In this document: positions 14,563 through 16,978 of the stretch, in pieces
Position numbering within the stretch: position 1 is the stretch's first letter
How the letters are laid out: every line of letters begins with the position of its first letter
Virus genome (UHGV): UHGV-0207004
Direction: 5' to 3' (one strand)
DNA length: 16,978 bases
Source of the DNA: a virus
The notes under the pieces: model-generated
What the model was told of the DNA's origin: nothing
The model's database searches: none
Seen by the model: the letters and a program-made list of their open reading frames with translations, nothing else
Program-made: the position numbers and the translations under genes

Positions 14563-15663
14563 TCAGGACGCTGTGGTCGCAGTCAGCGTAACCAGTACGC
14601 CAGCCGTTTCCTTGATGTTACGGGTCGGCACTTCCTGCGCGGCCTGGGTCTTACGACGGCCTTTAGTATCGCCATCACCCACCGCGCCAACATCCTGAAC
14701 GGTTGCCGGTGCGTTGTCTACTTGGCCCTGGTCCAGTTCCCAGTTTGCGGAAGTGGTAATATCGCTCAGTTTGAACGAGCGTACACCTTCGATCGGGGTG
14801 CGAGCGGACGCCTTCAGACGGTAGCCTTTAACAGCCACGTTGAAGTCGAACTCACCCTGCCACCAGCGTTCGATGTTCTCGTTACCGCCTTTTTCCTGCG
14901 CCAGCATATCAAGGCCGTTGGTGGTAACTGCAACCGCGCCAGGGACCAGACCCAGCATTTTACCCGCGCCCATAGCATCGGCAGCGGCATCGGAGATAAT
15001 GAAACGACGACCCAGGCCGTCACCCATTACCTGCAGATCGCCGATCGCAAATACCTGCTCGGCAGACGGGAGCGCCTGGTACGCAATGAAGTTTGCCCAG
15101 GTAACGCCGTCCATAAACCAGGATTTAATCAAAGACGCCTGATCGCCGAACTTAGAAGCCGCCAGCGGGAAGTCTGCCAGGGTCGGGAAGGTACGACCGC
15201 CAACACCGTCAACACGCGCCGGTTGGGTGTATGCTGCCGCTGGGTTGCTCTCGATCGCCGCTTTACTTGCGCCGATACCGGCCTTCAGGTAATGCAGCAT
15301 AATCGCTTGAGTAGCCTGTGCCGCAATCTCAGCCGCAACGCTGTTAACGTTGGTTTCGATCTTAGCCATCATAGCCTTAGTGATTGCCACCGGACCCACT
15401 TTCGCGGAGAGGTTGACCGAGTTGGTCAGCATACGCGCCAGCACTTTAGCGGTCGCCGGAGTACCGACAGGGGCATATGCGTTACGGTCAGTAACGAGGT
15501 TGGCGATCAAGCCTACGGACATTTTTTCTACAACGTCCTTCAGCACTTCACCTGTACCGAGAACAACAGCGCCGTTCGCGGCAGCGTTGAACACGTTCAG
15601 GTTGTCGGGGATCATTTGCGTAACCGCGGTAACGAGTTTACGCTGGAACACTGTTAAAGACAT
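14563..15663 (-). CDS. major capsid protein
   Basis: 366 aa; ATG 15663-15661 with AAGGA SD; immediately downstream of the scaffold gene and followed by a strong terminator; Ala/Gly/Val-rich; call from size, position and expression signals. Confidence 0.7.
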   Translation of the reverse strand: MSLTVFQRKLVTAVTQMIPDNLNVFNAAANGAVVLGTGEVLKDVVEKMSVGLIANLVTDRNAYAPVGTPATAKVLARMLTNSVNLSAKVGPVAITKAMMAKIETNVNSVAAEIAAQATQAIMLHYLKAGIGASKAAIESNPAAAYTQPARVDGVGGRTFPTLADFPLAASKFGDQASLIKSWFMDGVTWANFIAYQALPSAEQVFAIGDLQVMGDGLGRRFIISDAAADAMGAGKMLGLVPGAVAVTTNGLDMLAQEKGGNENIERWWQGEFDFNVAVKGYRLKASARTPIEGVRSFKLSDITTSANWELDQGQVDNAPATVQDVGAVGDGDTKGRRKTQAAQEVPTRNIKETAGVLVTLTATTAS

Positions 15664-15730
15664 ATCGAAATCCTTTGAGTTGTGAGCATTCGCCCAGTGA
15701 CGTTAATGTTACCTTAGATTTACGCGCTCG

Positions 15731-15756
15731 CAAAATCGCCCGCTTTCGCGGGCGAT
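15731..15756 (-). terminator. attenuator-like hairpin between scaffold and capsid genes
   Basis: ATCGCCCGC (15735-15743) / GCGGGCGAT (15748-15756) perfect 9-bp stem, 4-nt loop; on the minus strand followed by only TTTTG (complement of 15731-15734). Confidence 0.35.
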
Positions 15757-15760
15757 CTGC

Positions 15761-16465
15761 TTACTCGTCGTCGCCCATTTTAGCGATGATTTCACCGGCC
15801 TGTTTTGTCAGGTCTGTAATACCAAAGCTATGGCCCATCGAGATTTTCGGCTTCGCATCTTCAATAACCTGTGTCGGTTTGCTCGGAGCGCCACCTGCTG
15901 GCGTGCCTGCTAGTACGGATGCAAAATCGGCGTTACTACGGAACTCTTTTTCAAGCTCTTCCATAGTAAGGGCGGACGGTTTGCCATCCTTCAACACCCG
16001 CAATTTCAAGCTGCCGTCTTCGCCGTCTTCCAGCGCGAGTCGGTCCATTACGTGGCGTTGCATGATGCCCGCATTCTTACCGAACAGCTTCGACGCCAGG
16101 TCTTTGGCAGCGCTGCCGATGGTTAGATCGTGGATCTGCTTGCGGTAGGCTTCGATTTTACCCGATGTGTCTGCTTCGTGTTTTGCAAACTTATCCTTCC
16201 AGGATTTATCGATCGCTTCGAGGTCGCCATTTTTGCGCGCGGCGGCTTCCTCTTTCTCTTTCGCAAGGCGCTCGGCTTCGGCGCGGCGTTCGGCTTCTGC
16301 TTTCTTCTCGCTCACCAGCTTTGCGTTGTTGTCTTTCAGACCCTTGATTTCCGCCTGCACTTCGTCAGCGGTCATAAATGTTGACTTATACCCGTCGCCA
16401 TCGGCAACAAAAAGCGCCTTCATACCTTCTGGCAACGCGTCGTATTCTGCTTTGGTAAGTTTCAT
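15761..16465 (-). CDS. scaffolding protein (234 aa)
   Basis: Track ORF (start 16699) trimmed to ATG 16465-16463 with AGGGGGA SD; Lys/Glu/Ala-rich coiled-coil-like central region (KKAEAERRAEAERLAKEKEEAAARK); directly upstream of the capsid gene. Confidence 0.6.
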   Translation of the reverse strand: MKLTKAEYDALPEGMKALFVADGDGYKSTFMTADEVQAEIKGLKDNNAKLVSEKKAEAERRAEAERLAKEKEEAAARKNGDLEAIDKSWKDKFAKHEADTSGKIEAYRKQIHDLTIGSAAKDLASKLFGKNAGIMQRHVMDRLALEDGEDGSLKLRVLKDGKPSALTMEELEKEFRSNADFASVLAGTPAGGAPSKPTQVIEDAKPKISMGHSFGITDLTKQAGEIIAKMGDDE

Positions 16466-16555
16466 GCTATCCCCCTGGGATTGTGGCAGAGCGGGCCACC
16501 CGCTCGACTTCACGCCTCTAATATTATCAGCGATAAAAATAATCGCAAAATTCGC

Positions 16556-16599
16556 TTGCAATCCTGGTGTTGGTTGCATATATTGGTTGCACACCAACA
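16556..16599 (+). promoter_or_regulatory. plus-strand sigma70-like promoter overlapped by two TTGGTTGCA sites, in a divergent intergenic region
   Basis: -35 TTGCAA (16556-16561), 17-bp spacer, -10 TATATT (16579-16584); 9-mer copies at 16570-16578 and 16583-16591; the 21-mer 16579-16599 is the reverse complement of 10484-10504; a GAGCGGG/CCCGCTC hairpin at 16489-16505 lies in the scaffold gene leader. Confidence 0.45.
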
Positions 16600-16619
16600 G
16601 AGATATGAAGGAAAACAAG

Positions 16620-16934
16620 ATGACTAACATGACCGTAGCAACTCCAGTAGACGTAGCAATGACCCGTTTCAATAAAGCTACCGTAGCTAAAACCTTCACC
16701 TTTCATGCTATGCGTAACGCCGAAGCGCTGAATCTGTGCCAGAGCATGAATGCTACTGAAGCAGCGAAGGCCGCAATCAATTCCGCATCCTTCGATAACC
16801 CGGCTTGCGGTCTGGTTCCGGCATCTTTCATCAAATCCCTGGTAGAAGCCTTTAACGATTTCATGTGCGTCGATGCCGTTGAAGCCGTATGCGCTCGCTT
16901 AACTTCCACCGGTGGCAACATCAAGTTTAACTAA
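16620..16934 (+). CDS. hypothetical protein (104 aa), divergent from the structural operon
   Basis: ATG 16620 with AAGGA SD at 7 nt (in-frame ATG 16605 lacks an SD); ends TAA 16932-16934; followed by a GGGGC-GAAA-GCCCC hairpin near the window edge. Confidence 0.5.
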   Translation: MTNMTVATPVDVAMTRFNKATVAKTFTFHAMRNAEALNLCQSMNATEAAKAAINSASFDNPACGLVPASFIKSLVEAFNDFMCVDAVEAVCARLTSTGGNIKFN

Positions 16935-16978
16935 ACTAAACCAAACGGGGCGAAAGCCCCAACCACGAGGACACAAAA

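Noticed and set aside
14554-15657. 367-aa plus-strand ORF
   Set aside because: Lies entirely antisense to the major capsid gene, which has SD, synteny and a terminator; Arg/Cys-rich low-complexity translation typical of a shadow ORF.
16556-16599. Sigma54 (-24/-12) promoter reading of TTGGTTGCA and the TGGCAC-like blocks
   Set aside because: The GG and GC elements are not at the required 10-bp spacing in any copy, whereas good sigma70-like -35/-10 pairs at 17 bp overlap the motifs.
15761-16699. 312-aa version of the scaffold ORF
   Set aside because: The N-terminal 78 codons cross the divergent promoter and the TTGGTTGCA motifs and have no SD; the internal ATG 16465 with AGGGGGA SD is the likely start.
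16167-16934. 255-aa plus-strand ORF as a single gene
   Set aside because: Its first ~150 codons run antisense through the scaffold gene and the promoter region; only the last 104 codons (from ATG 16620, with SD) are credible.
1-16978. tRNA, rRNA, integrase, transposase or att sites
   Set aside because: No cloverleaf-compatible segment in the short intergenic regions and no ORF with recombinase or transposase motifs was seen by eye; a formal tRNA scan was not possible.

Overview
This window reads as a ~17-kb slice of the late (morphogenesis, lysis, packaging) region of a siphovirus-type tailed phage or prophage. All calls come from reading the sequence and translations by eye; no database search or computation was run. 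Apart from one gene at each edge (1-765 +, 16620-16934 +), everything is on the minus strand, in four units delimited by hairpin plus T-run terminators: (1) 16465->11003 scaffold, major capsid, head-tail connector proteins, major tail protein and a tail assembly chaperone with a predicted -1 frameshift (G/GT); (2) 10470->7464 four translationally coupled small genes of unknown function, three small membrane proteins (holin-like), a GH24 endolysin and a small Pro-Glu-tailed protein; (3) 7367->5886 a separately promoted module encoding an HTH-metallophosphoesterase fusion plus a 70-aa protein; (4) 5768->780 terminase small and large subunits, portal, Mu F-like minor head protein and an overlapping i-/o-spanin pair. 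Several things do not fit a textbook phage map. The tail module stops right after G/GT and is followed, where a tape-measure gene is expected, by a ~0.5-kb ORF-free region packed with three repeat families (GTCCCGC iterons in helical-phase pairs, TATGCA, and the 9-mer TTGGTTGCA). The same 9-mer recurs at three promoter regions. The lysis cassette is split, with holin/endolysin ~6 kb from the spanins. There are two paralogous mini-proteins with Pro-Glu tails, one encoded on a hexanucleotide tandem repeat. The strongest candidates for an undescribed system are the HTH-metallophosphoesterase module and the iteron region, but neither can be assigned a function from sequence alone. No rRNA, tRNA, CRISPR array, integrase or transposase was recognised. 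The ORF track uses ATG/GTG/TTG starts, so several starts were re-assigned to internal ATG/GTG codons with Shine-Dalgarno support.
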